The notes: generated by a model not told the origin, from the sequence alone. Shown: positions 11,779-21,682, counted from the first letter of the stretch. The stretch: DNA of 64,000 nt from Prosthecobacter sp. (GCA_044355475.1 JBIKYB010000001.1:1153-65152); one strand, 5' to 3'. Program-made: numbers and translations.

Positions 11779-14238
11779 ATGAGCACCAAGACTCTTCGAC
11801 GATTTCAAACGCTGTCCGTGGACAGCGGTGTGGATCTGTTCCTCGCGGCGCGTGAGCTGCTGAATGCCTCCGGCGCGGATGCGGCGGGCCGTGCGGCGGC
11901 GATCAATCACAATGGCTACCTGCTGATCGAAGCACCGACGGGATCGGGCAAGACACTGATGGCGGGGACGATGGTGGAGAATTTCAGCCATGAGGAGCGG
12001 GTGGTGTGGTTCTGGTTTGCGCCGTTCAAGGGCGTGGTGGGCCAGACGGCGGCGTTTCTGCGGGAGCAGTTCCACGGGCTGCGCCTGCGTGAGTTGGCGG
12101 ACGACCGGGCCACGGACATGAGCCGCCAGGGCGATGTGTTTGTGACGACGTGGCAGACGGTGGCGACGCGGGTGAAGGACAAGCGCAACGTGCGCAAGGA
12201 AGGCGAGACGAATCCGTCCATCGACACGCTGATCGAACAACTGCGTACGCAAGGCTTCCGCATCGGCGTGGTGGTGGACGAGGCGCATCACGGCTTTGGT
12301 GAAGGCACGCAGGCGGCGAAGTTTTTCAAGGAGGTGCTGAAGCCGGAATACACGGTCCTCATCACCGCAACGCCGGATGATGCCGATGTGAAGGCGTTCG
12401 AGGGAGCCATGGGCATCGCGGAGCTGCATCGCATCCGCGTGAGCAGGGAAGACGCGATGGAGGCCGGTCTGATCAAGAAAGGCGTGAAGTGCGCGGCTTA
12501 CTTTGTGGAGCCGGAGAAGAAGGCGCTGGTAGATTTGCAGGGCACAGCTCTGCGGGATGGCGTAGCGGCCCACAACAAGCTCAAGCAAACGCTGGCGGAC
12601 ATGAAGGTGCCGCTGGTACCGCTGCTGCTGGTGCAGGCCGATTCGGAAGACAAGAGCGTGGAGAAGCTGAAGGCGCGGCTGCTGCGGATGGGCTTCAAAG
12701 ACGAACAAATCGCTACACACACGGCAGAAGAGCCGGATGCGAACCTGCTCGCACTCGCCAACGAAGAGCGTGTGGAGGTGTTGATCTTCAAAATGGCGGT
12801 GGCGCTGGGCTTTGACGCGCCGCGTGCCTTTACCCTGGTGTCGATGAGGGCGAGCCGTGACCCGGAGTTCGGCGTGCAGCTCGTGGGCCGCATTCTGCGC
12901 GTGCATCGCCTGCTGCAAGGCCGGGCGCAGGCGAACAACCTGCCCGAGGCGCTGAACTACGGTTATGTCTTCCTCGCCGCCGCCGAGACGCAGACGGGAC
13001 TGGACATCGCCGGGCAGAAGATCAATGCGATCCAGACGGAATATGCGAAGGCCAGCACGGCCACGGTGGCGCTGCGCTTTGGTGAGGGTCTCACGGGCGT
13101 GAGCAAGGTGGATGAAAGCGGACAGATCGAGTTCTTCGGCCTGGAGACGGAAGTGGTGAACACGGTGAGGGAGGGAGATGCCCCCGTGGAACAGCCGCCT
13201 GAATTTGTGCCAGCCACGGTGTTTGATTTTGGGAAGTTCTTCGGCAGCAGCACGGAGCCGGATGACGGCGACGCACCGTATAAAGGTCCGCGTCAAGTGG
13301 CCGGGCCGGTGAAGATGCATCGCTATGCCCTGCGCGCCGGTGTTCCGCGCCTATTCAAGACGCAGGAAGTGTGCGCGGACAATGAGGTGACGGAGGAAGA
13401 CTGCGCACAGCGCTTCATCGTCTCGACCCGCGATCTGCTGGAGGCGATGAAAAACAACATTCCGGTGGAGAAGCGGACGCTGGATGTCTTCGCTCAGACC
13501 TTTCAGCAGGAGTTCAACTTTGCCGCTGACCTTTCCGCCTCGGAGGCGGCGAAGAAAGCCTATGACGCCCTGTGCAAAAACAAAACCTTCGACCCGCGTG
13601 AACTGCGCCGTGCTCTGCTGCGCAAGCTGGAAGCAGTGATGCGGGATGAGATGAAGGATGAGGCAGGTGATCCAGAGAAGGTGGCGCACTTCCTCAACGT
13701 GATCCTTGCGACGCACCCCGAACTCCTCTGGGAAGCGCAAAAGAAGGCGCTGGCGGCACACATGGAGATTCAAGAAGCGGAGGCGCTGCCCGCCGAGATC
13801 GCGTCTCTCGAACCTCTCCAGAGATCGCCGCGCAACATTTACGAAGTGATGCCGCCGGGGCTCAACGGCTGGGAAAAAGATTTTGCTCAGATGCTGGATC
13901 ATGACCCTCACAAGCTGGTGAACTGGTGGCACCGCAATCCGGCCGACAAGCCGTGGTCGGTGAACGTACTGATGCCCAGCGGCAAGGGATTCTATCCTGA
14001 TTTCGTCATCGGCATTGAAGGGCGCAAGACCGAGGATGGTGCGCTGCTCGCCGACCCGAAAGAACGCTTCGAGACCAGTCAGGAGGCTCCCAAGGTGCTT
14101 GCTGAGCATCAAATTTACGGACGTGTCATGATCCTCGCAAAAGATGGAGTGCGCTGGATGACAGTGGGATTTGATGAAGGGGCGAAAAAGCCGGTTTTTG
14201 CCCGAGAATTTAGCTTGGTCGATGCAGCGGGCTTTTGA
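11779..14238 (+). CDS. res: Type III restriction-like DEAD/DEAH helicase with C-terminal PD-(D/E)xK nuclease
   Basis: APTGSGKT, VVDEAHH, ITATP, QLVGRILR, FYPDFVIG...LADPK; 5 bp after mod. Confidence 0.85.
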   Translation: MSTKTLRRFQTLSVDSGVDLFLAARELLNASGADAAGRAAAINHNGYLLIEAPTGSGKTLMAGTMVENFSHEERVVWFWFAPFKGVVGQTAAFLREQFHGLRLRELADDRATDMSRQGDVFVTTWQTVATRVKDKRNVRKEGETNPSIDTLIEQLRTQGFRIGVVVDEAHHGFGEGTQAAKFFKEVLKPEYTVLITATPDDADVKAFEGAMGIAELHRIRVSREDAMEAGLIKKGVKCAAYFVEPEKKALVDLQGTALRDGVAAHNKLKQTLADMKVPLVPLLLVQADSEDKSVEKLKARLLRMGFKDEQIATHTAEEPDANLLALANEERVEVLIFKMAVALGFDAPRAFTLVSMRASRDPEFGVQLVGRILRVHRLLQGRAQANNLPEALNYGYVFLAAAETQTGLDIAGQKINAIQTEYAKASTATVALRFGEGLTGVSKVDESGQIEFFGLETEVVNTVREGDAPVEQPPEFVPATVFDFGKFFGSSTEPDDGDAPYKGPRQVAGPVKMHRYALRAGVPRLFKTQEVCADNEVTEEDCAQRFIVSTRDLLEAMKNNIPVEKRTLDVFAQTFQQEFNFAADLSASEAAKKAYDALCKNKTFDPRELRRALLRKLEAVMRDEMKDEAGDPEKVAHFLNVILATHPELLWEAQKKALAAHMEIQEAEALPAEIASLEPLQRSPRNIYEVMPPGLNGWEKDFAQMLDHDPHKLVNWWHRNPADKPWSVNVLMPSGKGFYPDFVIGIEGRKTEDGALLADPKERFETSQEAPKVLAEHQIYGRVMILAKDGVRWMTVGFDEGAKKPVFAREFSLVDAAGF

Positions 14239-14409
14239 GCCGAGCCGCCAAGGCTGCTGCTTGTCAATTCCGTGTGTTCCGTGCCTTCCCTAGGCCAGTC
14301 AGATTCCCATTCATCCGTGCAGAACCGAGCTTACCGGAGTCGGGCGGGCGGGTGTGGCTGATGGTGAATCGTTGATGGAACGGCAGGGAACAGGCGAAGG
14401 CGGGCGGAA

Positions 14410-14470
14410 AGTAGTCCTGTTGCGGTGCAACAGGAGGATGGGAAGGCCGTTGCGGCGCAACGGCGGTACT
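14410..14470. repeat. Inverted REP doublet (REPIN-like)
   Basis: GTAG-T-CCTGTTGC-GGT-GCAACAGG facing reverse-strand GTAC-C-GCCGTTGC-GCC-GCAACGGC. Confidence 0.7.
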
Positions 14471-14558
14471 TGCACCGGAGGCGGTGATCCGTCATCCCGT
14501 GAGTGGTTGCCATGAACTTCTTGCCGCCGTGTGGGCGATGGGCTAGCCTCGCTTCATC

Positions 14559-14780
14559 ATGAGCCAGACCGTTCAACTCACCGTGCCGATGCCTGCCAGG
14601 CTGGCAAAGCTGCGTTTCCCCAAGGCGCTGGATGACCGGTTGCATCACCTGCTGGATGAGCAGGGACGCAAAGGCCGGCTGACCGTCGCCGAACGCAAAG
14701 AGGCCGAAGGGCTGGCGCAGATGGCGAGCATGCTGTCCATCCTGAAGCTGGGAGCGCAGGTGAAGGCCCGGAAGGCGTAG
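14559..14780 (+). CDS. Small protein, putative antitoxin-like partner of the HNH nuclease
   Basis: 73 aa (RLHHLLDEQGRKGRLTVAERKEAEGL), 4 bp upstream of the HNH gene. Confidence 0.7.
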   Translation: MSQTVQLTVPMPARLAKLRFPKALDDRLHHLLDEQGRKGRLTVAERKEAEGLAQMASMLSILKLGAQVKARKA

Positions 14781-14784
14781 CGCC

Positions 14785-15204
14785 ATGGCAGTGCCCGCCA
14801 GTCTCCGCCGCCGGGTGGCGGTGCGCGCGAAGCACCGCTGTGAATACTGCGGCCTCTCACAGCTCGGGCAGGCGGCGACCTTTCATCTGGACCATGTGGT
14901 GCCCGTCGTTGCCGGAGGTGCGACGGTGTTGGACAACCTCGCGCTGGCTTGCATCCACTGCTCGCTGAGGAAGGGAGCCCGACAAGTGGCGCTCGATCCC
15001 AAGACGGGCAGGACGGTGCGCTTGTTCCATCCACGCGAGCAGCAGTGGAATCATCATTTTCGATGGGCTGGCAACGAACTGGTGGGCATCTCCGCCACCG
15101 GCAGGGCAACGCTGGAGGCGCTGGCGCTCAACAGCCCGGAGCATCAGATCATCCGCTCCTTTGAAGTCCTGCTCGGGAGGCATCCGCCGCCGGGGCATGT
15201 GTGA
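14785..15204 (+). CDS. HNH endonuclease
   Basis: RCEYC...FHLDHVVPVVAGGATVLDNLALACIHC, LFHPREQQWNHHF. Confidence 0.9.
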   Translation: MAVPASLRRRVAVRAKHRCEYCGLSQLGQAATFHLDHVVPVVAGGATVLDNLALACIHCSLRKGARQVALDPKTGRTVRLFHPREQQWNHHFRWAGNELVGISATGRATLEALALNSPEHQIIRSFEVLLGRHPPPGHV

Positions 15205-15251
15205 GACGCCAGTTATGACTCCGTTCGTGACGCGCAAATGTGACGAAGATG

Positions 15252-16553
15252 TCAGCGCTTGAGTTCACTCATCACCGCCAGCGTCATCGCTTTGACGCCG
15301 ACCGCGATGGAGGGCGCGGCTTCGGGCCGATAGAACGGCGAGTGCAGGCTGGGCAGGATTTCGCCGGTCGATTTGGCCTTCTCGACCTTCTCTGGCACGA
15401 CGGTGCCGAGCCAGGCGAGGAAGACGGGGATCTTTTCGGGCGTCATGGTGTAGCGGGAGAAGTCCTCGCCGGCCATGGTGGCCTTGCGTTCGATGAGGCT
15501 GGCTTTGCCAAAGGCATCGGCCCAGACTTGGCTGACGCGGGTGGTGAGTTCGGGATCGTTGAAGAGCGATGGTGTGCCGGGGCCGGTCAGTTTGACTTCG
15601 GGCAGCAGGTTTTCCGGCAGTCCGGCGGCGAGGCCCATGCCACGGCAGATGCGTTTGATGGACTCCAGCACCTGATTACGCGTCTTGGGGCTGGTGGTGC
15701 GCACGGTGAGGCCGAGCTCGACCTTGTCCGGGATGATGTTGTGCTTGGTGCCGCCGTTGAACTTGCCGACCGTCACCACGACCGGCTCCACGGGATGCAG
15801 TTCGCGGCTGTCGATGGTTTGCAACGCCACCACGATCTGCGAGGCGAGCACGATGGGGTCCTTGGTCGTGTTGGGCATCGCGCCATGGCCGCCGACGCCT
15901 TTGACCAGGATGTCCACCGTGTCCGTGCTGGCCGTGGCCGGGCCGCTGGTGACGCCAAACGTGCCGACGGGCAGTCCGGCATCGCAGTGAAGCGCGAGGC
16001 ACACGTCCGGCTTCGGAAAGCGCTGGAACAGGCCGTCGTCAATCATGGCCAGCGCACCCATGCCGCGCTCCTCGGCGGGTTGGGCAATGAAGACGAGCGT
16101 GCCTTTCCATTGGTCCTTGGACGCCGCGAGCGCCCGTGCCGCGCCGACCCAGCAGGTCATGTGCATGTCGTGGCCGCAGGCGTGCATCACCGAGACATCG
16201 TTGCCGGCATCGTCCTTCGTGGTCGTTTTGCTGACGTAAGGCACGGAGCCGATCTCGCGCACGGGCAAGCCATCCAAATCCGTGCGCACGAGCACCGTTT
16301 TGCCCGACCCGTTTTTCAACACAGCCACCACACCGAAGCCGCAGACTTTCTCTGTCACTTCAAAGCCGGCAGCGCGGATTTCCTGCGCCATGCGAGCGCT
16401 GGTCTTCTCCTCATGAAATGACAGTTCGGGGTGCGCATGAAGATGCTCGTAGAGTTGGATCAACGAGGGTCGCTGCTCCTCAATGAAGGTGTCGATGGGA
16501 TCTGCGGCATGCAGATTGGCGGTGGCGAGGAGGGCGAGAGTGAGTGTCTTCAT
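15252..16553 (-). CDS. M20 family amidohydrolase
   Basis: HAHPELSFHE, RTDLDGLP, MHACGHDMH, QPAEE, GEDF; signal peptide from ATG 16553. Confidence 0.92.
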   Translation of the reverse strand: MKTLTLALLATANLHAADPIDTFIEEQRPSLIQLYEHLHAHPELSFHEEKTSARMAQEIRAAGFEVTEKVCGFGVVAVLKNGSGKTVLVRTDLDGLPVREIGSVPYVSKTTTKDDAGNDVSVMHACGHDMHMTCWVGAARALAASKDQWKGTLVFIAQPAEERGMGALAMIDDGLFQRFPKPDVCLALHCDAGLPVGTFGVTSGPATASTDTVDILVKGVGGHGAMPNTTKDPIVLASQIVVALQTIDSRELHPVEPVVVTVGKFNGGTKHNIIPDKVELGLTVRTTSPKTRNQVLESIKRICRGMGLAAGLPENLLPEVKLTGPGTPSLFNDPELTTRVSQVWADAFGKASLIERKATMAGEDFSRYTMTPEKIPVFLAWLGTVVPEKVEKAKSTGEILPSLHSPFYRPEAAPSIAVGVKAMTLAVMSELKR

Positions 16554-16594
16554 GCGGGAGGCGGTGAGGTGGCAAAACCTCTGCGGAGGATTGT

Positions 16595-18022
16595 TTACTT
16601 CTTCTCCCACATCCCTTTGAGCGCTTCCACGGTGCGCTCGACGAGCACCTGGCCGCCGTCAGGACCGATCTGGCTGCTCTGGATGACCGCACCGTAGCCG
16701 CCGTGCTTCGCGGCGCGTTCGGTGGGCAGGTAGGTGCCGGGACCGGCGAGCTGGATGACAAAGGTCTGGATGCCGGGGCTGCGGGCCTTCATCTGCACGC
16801 CGTAGTCGGTGTAGAGTTCGAACTCATTCGTGGCGATGGCGATGTCGCCGAGGCGCAGCGCGTGCAACTCCATGACATACGGCGGCTGCGTGCCAGCCTG
16901 CTGCTCGTGGTAGCGGTCCACAACGCGCTGGTTCCAGCCGAGGTTCCACTTCTGCGTGGGATCGTCCTTGTATTTGGCCGCCTCGGTCATGGCGGCGGCT
17001 TTTTCGAGGATGGTGACCTTGCGGTAAGGCAGCTCGATGTCCTGAACGTGATGCTGGAAGGGCACATCGTCGCGGATGTCATGCTTTGCGCCTTCATACG
17101 CCTCTTCCCAGGCGTTCACGAGGCGACGCGCCAGCTCATCGAGACGCGAGATGCCGCCGCGCAGCTTGCGCATGCGCTCATCCGCATCGCGACCGTAGGC
17201 GAGGCGGGAGGTGACATCCCCGCCCGCGCCCGTCCAGGCGAGGATGTGCAGGTCTTTGCCATGTTTTTCACGCAAACGTGCGCGCACCGGGTCCCAGAAG
17301 TCGGCGTGGATGGCGGAGTTGCCGCCGACCTCTTGCGAGGGGCAGGCCACGTTGATCGCGGTGGCGAGCAGCTTGTCCGCCGCGTTCCAGAAATAGAGCA
17401 CTTCAATGTTGTGATCCTCATAGCTTTCGATGCCTCGGAAGTTGGGCGAATCCGGCTTCCCATACATCACCGCCGTGCCGTCGGCATAGTAGGGGCGGCG
17501 GTTCTGCGCGATGACCGCCTGGCTCTGGCCCCAGGCCACCTTGCCCGGCTGGCGCTTCTGCCATGCCTCAACGATGCCGTCCGCCACCTTGGCCGTCATC
17601 CAGTCCGCATACGGCTCCGGCTGTAGGATGCCGGTCTCAGGCAGCGCGTACTTGCCATCGACCGTCACCGGCGCGGTGTGCGTGTGGGTGGCGTTGAGGA
17701 AGATCTTTTTCAAGTCCACACCCGGCAGGCGGTCGCCGATCTTATCCCGCACCTTGGCCAGAATGCCGGCGCGGATGGCCACGAGGTCGCAGGATACCAT
17801 GATGGCCTGGTCGAGCACCTGATCGCCCTCGCGCGACTCCAGCGCGAGCGCGGTGGCGTAGATGCGTGTGACGGGTTTCTGCGAGATGCGCACGTTGCGC
17901 TGTCCGTCGAGCGCCACTGGCTCATCCGGCGTGATGTCGATGGTGGTCGCACCGAGGTGAAACTGCGCAGCGTGAAGGGTGGAGGCGAAAGCGAGGAGGC
18001 AGAGCAGGGGAAGCAGTCTCAT
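16595..18022 (-). CDS. Neutral/alkaline ceramidase-like secreted hydrolase
   Basis: Signal peptide, IDITP, NATHTHTAP, GAGGD, YLPT...GGYG. Confidence 0.7.
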   Translation of the reverse strand: MRLLPLLCLLAFASTLHAAQFHLGATTIDITPDEPVALDGQRNVRISQKPVTRIYATALALESREGDQVLDQAIMVSCDLVAIRAGILAKVRDKIGDRLPGVDLKKIFLNATHTHTAPVTVDGKYALPETGILQPEPYADWMTAKVADGIVEAWQKRQPGKVAWGQSQAVIAQNRRPYYADGTAVMYGKPDSPNFRGIESYEDHNIEVLYFWNAADKLLATAINVACPSQEVGGNSAIHADFWDPVRARLREKHGKDLHILAWTGAGGDVTSRLAYGRDADERMRKLRGGISRLDELARRLVNAWEEAYEGAKHDIRDDVPFQHHVQDIELPYRKVTILEKAAAMTEAAKYKDDPTQKWNLGWNQRVVDRYHEQQAGTQPPYVMELHALRLGDIAIATNEFELYTDYGVQMKARSPGIQTFVIQLAGPGTYLPTERAAKHGGYGAVIQSSQIGPDGGQVLVERTVEALKGMWEKK

Positions 18023-18136
18023 GCCAAGCAAACGGCTGCCGATGTCTGTTTCTGCCTGCCCAGGCTGGCTTCACGGAAAAATCAGCCAACGTCCTCAATG
18101 CCGCTGACAAGAACGACGGTGAACAGGGTCAAGAGA

Positions 18137-18841
18137 TCAAGGCGTTGGGGCCGCAGAGCTGGAAAGAGGCTGGGTCATGGCCTGGAGGGCAGTTTCTTTG
18201 CCGTAGGCGGTGACGACGTCGCCCGCCTTGATCATGTCATCGCGGCTGGGGATGCCGTGCTGCGTTTCGCCATCGCGTTTGATCGCCAGAATGACGACAC
18301 CTCGGTCCCAGGGGCGGGATTCGCGCAGCGTGCGGCCTGCGAGGAGCGTGTCTGGCAGGATTTCGATCTCAGAGACGACGTAACCGTGCTGGATGCGCAG
18401 CAGCAGCTCGTAGTCGAGCGCACGCACCATGCCGGTGCGCTCCAGCGTGTATTGAATGACATGATCGAGCACCTTTTGAAACCAGGAGAGGCGGGAGATG
18501 AACAGCAGCAGCAGCAGACCGCCGACGAGCCAGGCAAGCATGAGCGCCGTGTCGCCGCCGGAGCTGCTTTGCAGCAGGGTGACGATGAGCGTGGCGAGCG
18601 CGGAGGTGAGGCCGACGTTTCCGGCGAGAATGAGATCGCGAATGATGCGGCGGCGCACGGGATGGTTCACGACGAGTTCGGCCTCCTTCGTGGTGAAGCC
18701 GACGCCGAAGAACGCGGAGTAGGCCTGAAAGCTGGCGGTGTCCCAGCTCAGGCCGGTCATCATCAACGCCGTGGCCGCCACACGCACCGCCAGCAGCGAG
18801 ACGAGAGCGATGACGAGGAGGGCGATGACGGGGGCGACCAT
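18137..18841 (-). CDS. Membrane protein with TrkA-C (RCK_C) domain
   Basis: ALMMTGLS...ASFQAYSAFFGVGFTTKEAE, C-terminal LAGRTLRE...ILAIKRDG. Confidence 0.85.
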   Translation of the reverse strand: MVAPVIALLVIALVSLLAVRVAATALMMTGLSWDTASFQAYSAFFGVGFTTKEAELVVNHPVRRRIIRDLILAGNVGLTSALATLIVTLLQSSSGGDTALMLAWLVGGLLLLLFISRLSWFQKVLDHVIQYTLERTGMVRALDYELLLRIQHGYVVSEIEILPDTLLAGRTLRESRPWDRGVVILAIKRDGETQHGIPSRDDMIKAGDVVTAYGKETALQAMTQPLSSSAAPTP

Positions 18842-18882
18842 GGTGAAATGACGAAATCAGAATGAGGAATGATGAATTCGGA

Positions 18883-19260
18883 TCAGAGGTGCTTCTCGCT
18901 GATGGATTTGTCGTGGTCGTAGATTTGTTCCTTGGTCTGCTTGCCCTTCATGTCCCAGTAGCGGTTGAGACCGTGGCGCTGGCCGTGGTCGAAGTTGGTT
19001 TCGGCAGACTGCTGGCCGTTTTCCCACCATTCCTTCATCACGCCGTGCATCTTGCCGTTCTGGTAAGGGTATTCGCCGGCCGTCTTGCCGTTGGAGTGCT
19101 TGTTGCGGACCAGGCCGGTGTAAGGCTTGCCTTGGTAGTTCGCCTCTTTGCCCTCGTTGATCAGTTCAACGTCCTTGTCGGCGAAATCGACCTCGGCAGG
19201 CTGTTTTTCGCAAGCAGTGAGGCAAAAGGTGCAGAGCAGGAGGGTGAGGAGCCGGTTCAT
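18883..19260 (-). CDS. MORN-variant/YwqK-like repeat lipoprotein
   Basis: Lipobox LTAC; repeats GKMHGVMKEWWENGQ, GQRHGLNRYWDMKG. Confidence 0.8.
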   Translation of the reverse strand: MNRLLTLLLCTFCLTACEKQPAEVDFADKDVELINEGKEANYQGKPYTGLVRNKHSNGKTAGEYPYQNGKMHGVMKEWWENGQQSAETNFDHGQRHGLNRYWDMKGKQTKEQIYDHDKSISEKHL

Positions 19261-19430
19261 GGTGCAGCTTGGAGGTGGTGCTGGAGATTTCAACACTGGC
19301 TCATGGCTCAATGAGATGCTTTGCCACCAGCACCTTTTTTCGAGGATGGCTTCGCCGAAGCTCCTGGCAAAGCGGTAGATGACAGGAGTCTCGCAAAAGG
19401 TGGTGATGCTCCAAGCGGTGGACATTCTCA

Positions 19431-19460
19431 TTGCATTCTACATGCGTGACTGTTTATGAT
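19431..19460 (+). promoter_or_regulatory. Putative sigma70 promoter of the PEP-CTERM gene
   Basis: TTGCAT-N18-TATGAT, ~40 bp upstream of ATG 19502. Confidence 0.4.
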
Positions 19461-19501
19461 CTCTATACGTTTTGAAGAGCCGCGCTAAAGATTTTGATGT
19501 C

Positions 19502-20206
19502 ATGAAGAACTTTCGCTCCTCGCTGTGCTTTCTTTTTCTGAGTTCTCTGAGCATTTCCGGGAACGCGGCGGTGATTGGCATTTCAAACGGCACCTTCGAG
19601 AGTCAGATTCCTCCAAACAATGGAGCCATTTTTGCGATTAACGACTGGTTTGAGGAAAGCACAAACTCCGGCAGCTATTCAGAGTGGCTGTATCGTTCGA
19701 GCACGGACATGGGCGTCAATACTTCCAGCGTGCTGGGTTTTTCAAACCAAGTCGGCTATGTTTATTCCCTGATCGGCACCTACACGGCAAATGAGGTTGT
19801 CACCATCAGCGGCGACATCCTGCAACGCGCCCAACTAGCCAGCATCAATAATGGATTCAATTTGGAACTCCTTGCGGGTGAGTTTCTGACTGCTGCTGAC
19901 GGAACCGCGCTCAATGTGACTTTGCTGGACACGCATGTCTTCAGTCGGGCTGATTTAGAAACCCTCGGCATCGGAGCCGCGAGCAGTTCAACTGCTTACA
20001 GCGCACCGTTCAGCGTGAACTTGAATTCCGGCACCGCCGGGACCGATGGCAGCGCACTATGGCTCCGTATTACCCGGCCTGCCCCTGATGGAGAGGTCTT
20101 CTTGGATAATCTGGTGGCCGTTTCAATACCCGAACCTTCCGTGGCTTTTTTGAGCGGCGGCGGTCTTTTTGCGCTCATCTTAGGTCGTCGGCGGCAGCGC
20201 AAATGA
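19502..20206 (+). CDS. PEP-CTERM sorting domain surface protein
   Basis: Signal peptide; C-terminal IPEPS + TM + RRRQRK; lower GC than neighbours. Confidence 0.9.
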   Translation: MKNFRSSLCFLFLSSLSISGNAAVIGISNGTFESQIPPNNGAIFAINDWFEESTNSGSYSEWLYRSSTDMGVNTSSVLGFSNQVGYVYSLIGTYTANEVVTISGDILQRAQLASINNGFNLELLAGEFLTAADGTALNVTLLDTHVFSRADLETLGIGAASSSTAYSAPFSVNLNSGTAGTDGSALWLRITRPAPDGEVFLDNLVAVSIPEPSVAFLSGGGLFALILGRRRQRK

Positions 20207-20308
20207 GTCGGAAGTCGGCAAGTGAAGGCGGTTGTTTATGCCTCTGAGCCGTTCTTTGCCTTTGCCCAAGTTCAAGATGGAGCGCGGAGTTTTCTCCCGG
20301 CAGTTCAT

Positions 20309-21682
20309 TCACTTCGCCACCAGCGCCTTCTTCCACTCTGTGGGTGCTCCGGGAAGTGTCTCCGCGAGGATGCGACGGATGTGGGCGCGTTCGGTTTCGG
20401 TGAGGTAGGTGTAGCTGCCGGTGGTGTCCTTGCCTTCGAGGACGGTCCAGAGGCGGTTGAGGACGGTTTGCTTCAGCGGGGCGGTGAGGTGCTGGAAGGT
20501 GAGGGAGTAAACCATGTAGCTGCAACGATGCTTGAAGAGGCGGTTGAGGAGCTGGAAGTCCTTCAAACTCCGACCGTCGCTGCTTTGCGGGGCGCGTTGG
20601 GTGAAGGCGGTCTGAAAGGCGGGATCGCCCTCAATGCCGCCTTCGGGCAGGGAGGCCTCATCTTTGAAGAGCAGGGCCTCGACGACGTCTTCGGCGCAGT
20701 GGTCGATGATGCGGCGGGCGGTGCCGGTGGGTTCGCTCTGGATTTTCTCACCAAGCTCGCGCTGGAGGCTGGTCTGCATGTGCATGGCACGCAGGGAGGT
20801 GTGATTCGCCTTGGTGAGGATGTTTTGCACGCTGGTCTGATGCTCCAGCACCATGAGGGCGATGATGTCGCTGGTTTTGCGCGGGTAGGGCGAGGTGTCG
20901 AAAATTTTGCCGAGGCTGGTGATGTTCGCGCCTTTCTCGAAATCAATGTCGATGGACTGGTCGTTTTTCTCGGTGGCGGTGACGTTGCCACGATGCAGGA
21001 CGCTGCCGTGTTTCCCGGTGACGTACCAGCCGCCCCAGCGGTCCGTGAAAGGCGTGGTGGTATCGACGACGGTGCTGCCCTGGCTCATGATGGGATGGCC
21101 TTCGGGGCCGGGATAGACGGAGCGCACGATGACGCCGGGCACTTCGGGGGTGAAGGGGCCGCCATGGCAGCTCAGGCAACTGTTGTCCCGCTGAAAGTGC
21201 AGCGGCTTCTGCGGTTCTTCATACGGATCGAGCAGGTAGAAGATGGGGCCGAGCTTTGGGTCGATGGTGGACACCTCAATGGCTCCTCCAATGCAGTAAC
21301 CGACGTAGGCGTTGTCGCCGAAGTAAACGACACGCGGTGTTTGCGGGCTGATGCGGTCGTTTTGCTTGCTGGTCTTTGAGAAGACCATGGTTTGTGACTC
21401 CGGCGGGATGTCGAAGTGCTTCATCACATCGCGCAGCACGGTCCAGGCGTCCGTGCGGTCGATTTTCACCTTTCCGGCGGCCATAAGGCGTTCGAGGCGC
21501 TGGGCGGCGTCGTTCGGCTCGGAGTCGGAGTAGCGGATGGGGGCGTTTTCGTACTCGTCTTCGGCTTGGAGTCCCGATGGGAGGAAGTATGACGAAATCA
21601 GAATGGCGAATGATGAATGAATGACGAAGCACGAAGCCTGAACGGCTTTCATGCCTGAGGAAGAGATGAGTCGAGAGTTCAT
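20309..21682 (-). CDS. Secreted conserved protein with single CxxCH (putative cytochrome c)
   Basis: VFSKTSKQ...ISPQTPR, CLSCHG, RWGGWYVTG, SDIIALMVLEHQ; ATGA overlap with the Rrf2 gene stop. Confidence 0.75.
   Translation of the reverse strand: MNSRLISSSGMKAVQASCFVIHSSFAILISSYFLPSGLQAEDEYENAPIRYSDSEPNDAAQRLERLMAAGKVKIDRTDAWTVLRDVMKHFDIPPESQTMVFSKTSKQNDRISPQTPRVVYFGDNAYVGYCIGGAIEVSTIDPKLGPIFYLLDPYEEPQKPLHFQRDNSCLSCHGGPFTPEVPGVIVRSVYPGPEGHPIMSQGSTVVDTTTPFTDRWGGWYVTGKHGSVLHRGNVTATEKNDQSIDIDFEKGANITSLGKIFDTSPYPRKTSDIIALMVLEHQTSVQNILTKANHTSLRAMHMQTSLQRELGEKIQSEPTGTARRIIDHCAEDVVEALLFKDEASLPEGGIEGDPAFQTAFTQRAPQSSDGRSLKDFQLLNRLFKHRCSYMVYSLTFQHLTAPLKQTVLNRLWTVLEGKDTTGSYTYLTETERAHIRRILAETLPGAPTEWKKALVAK

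Noticed and set aside
7852-15250. Integrative element or prophage with att sites
   Set aside because: No integrase, tRNA, phage genes or flanking direct repeats found by eye
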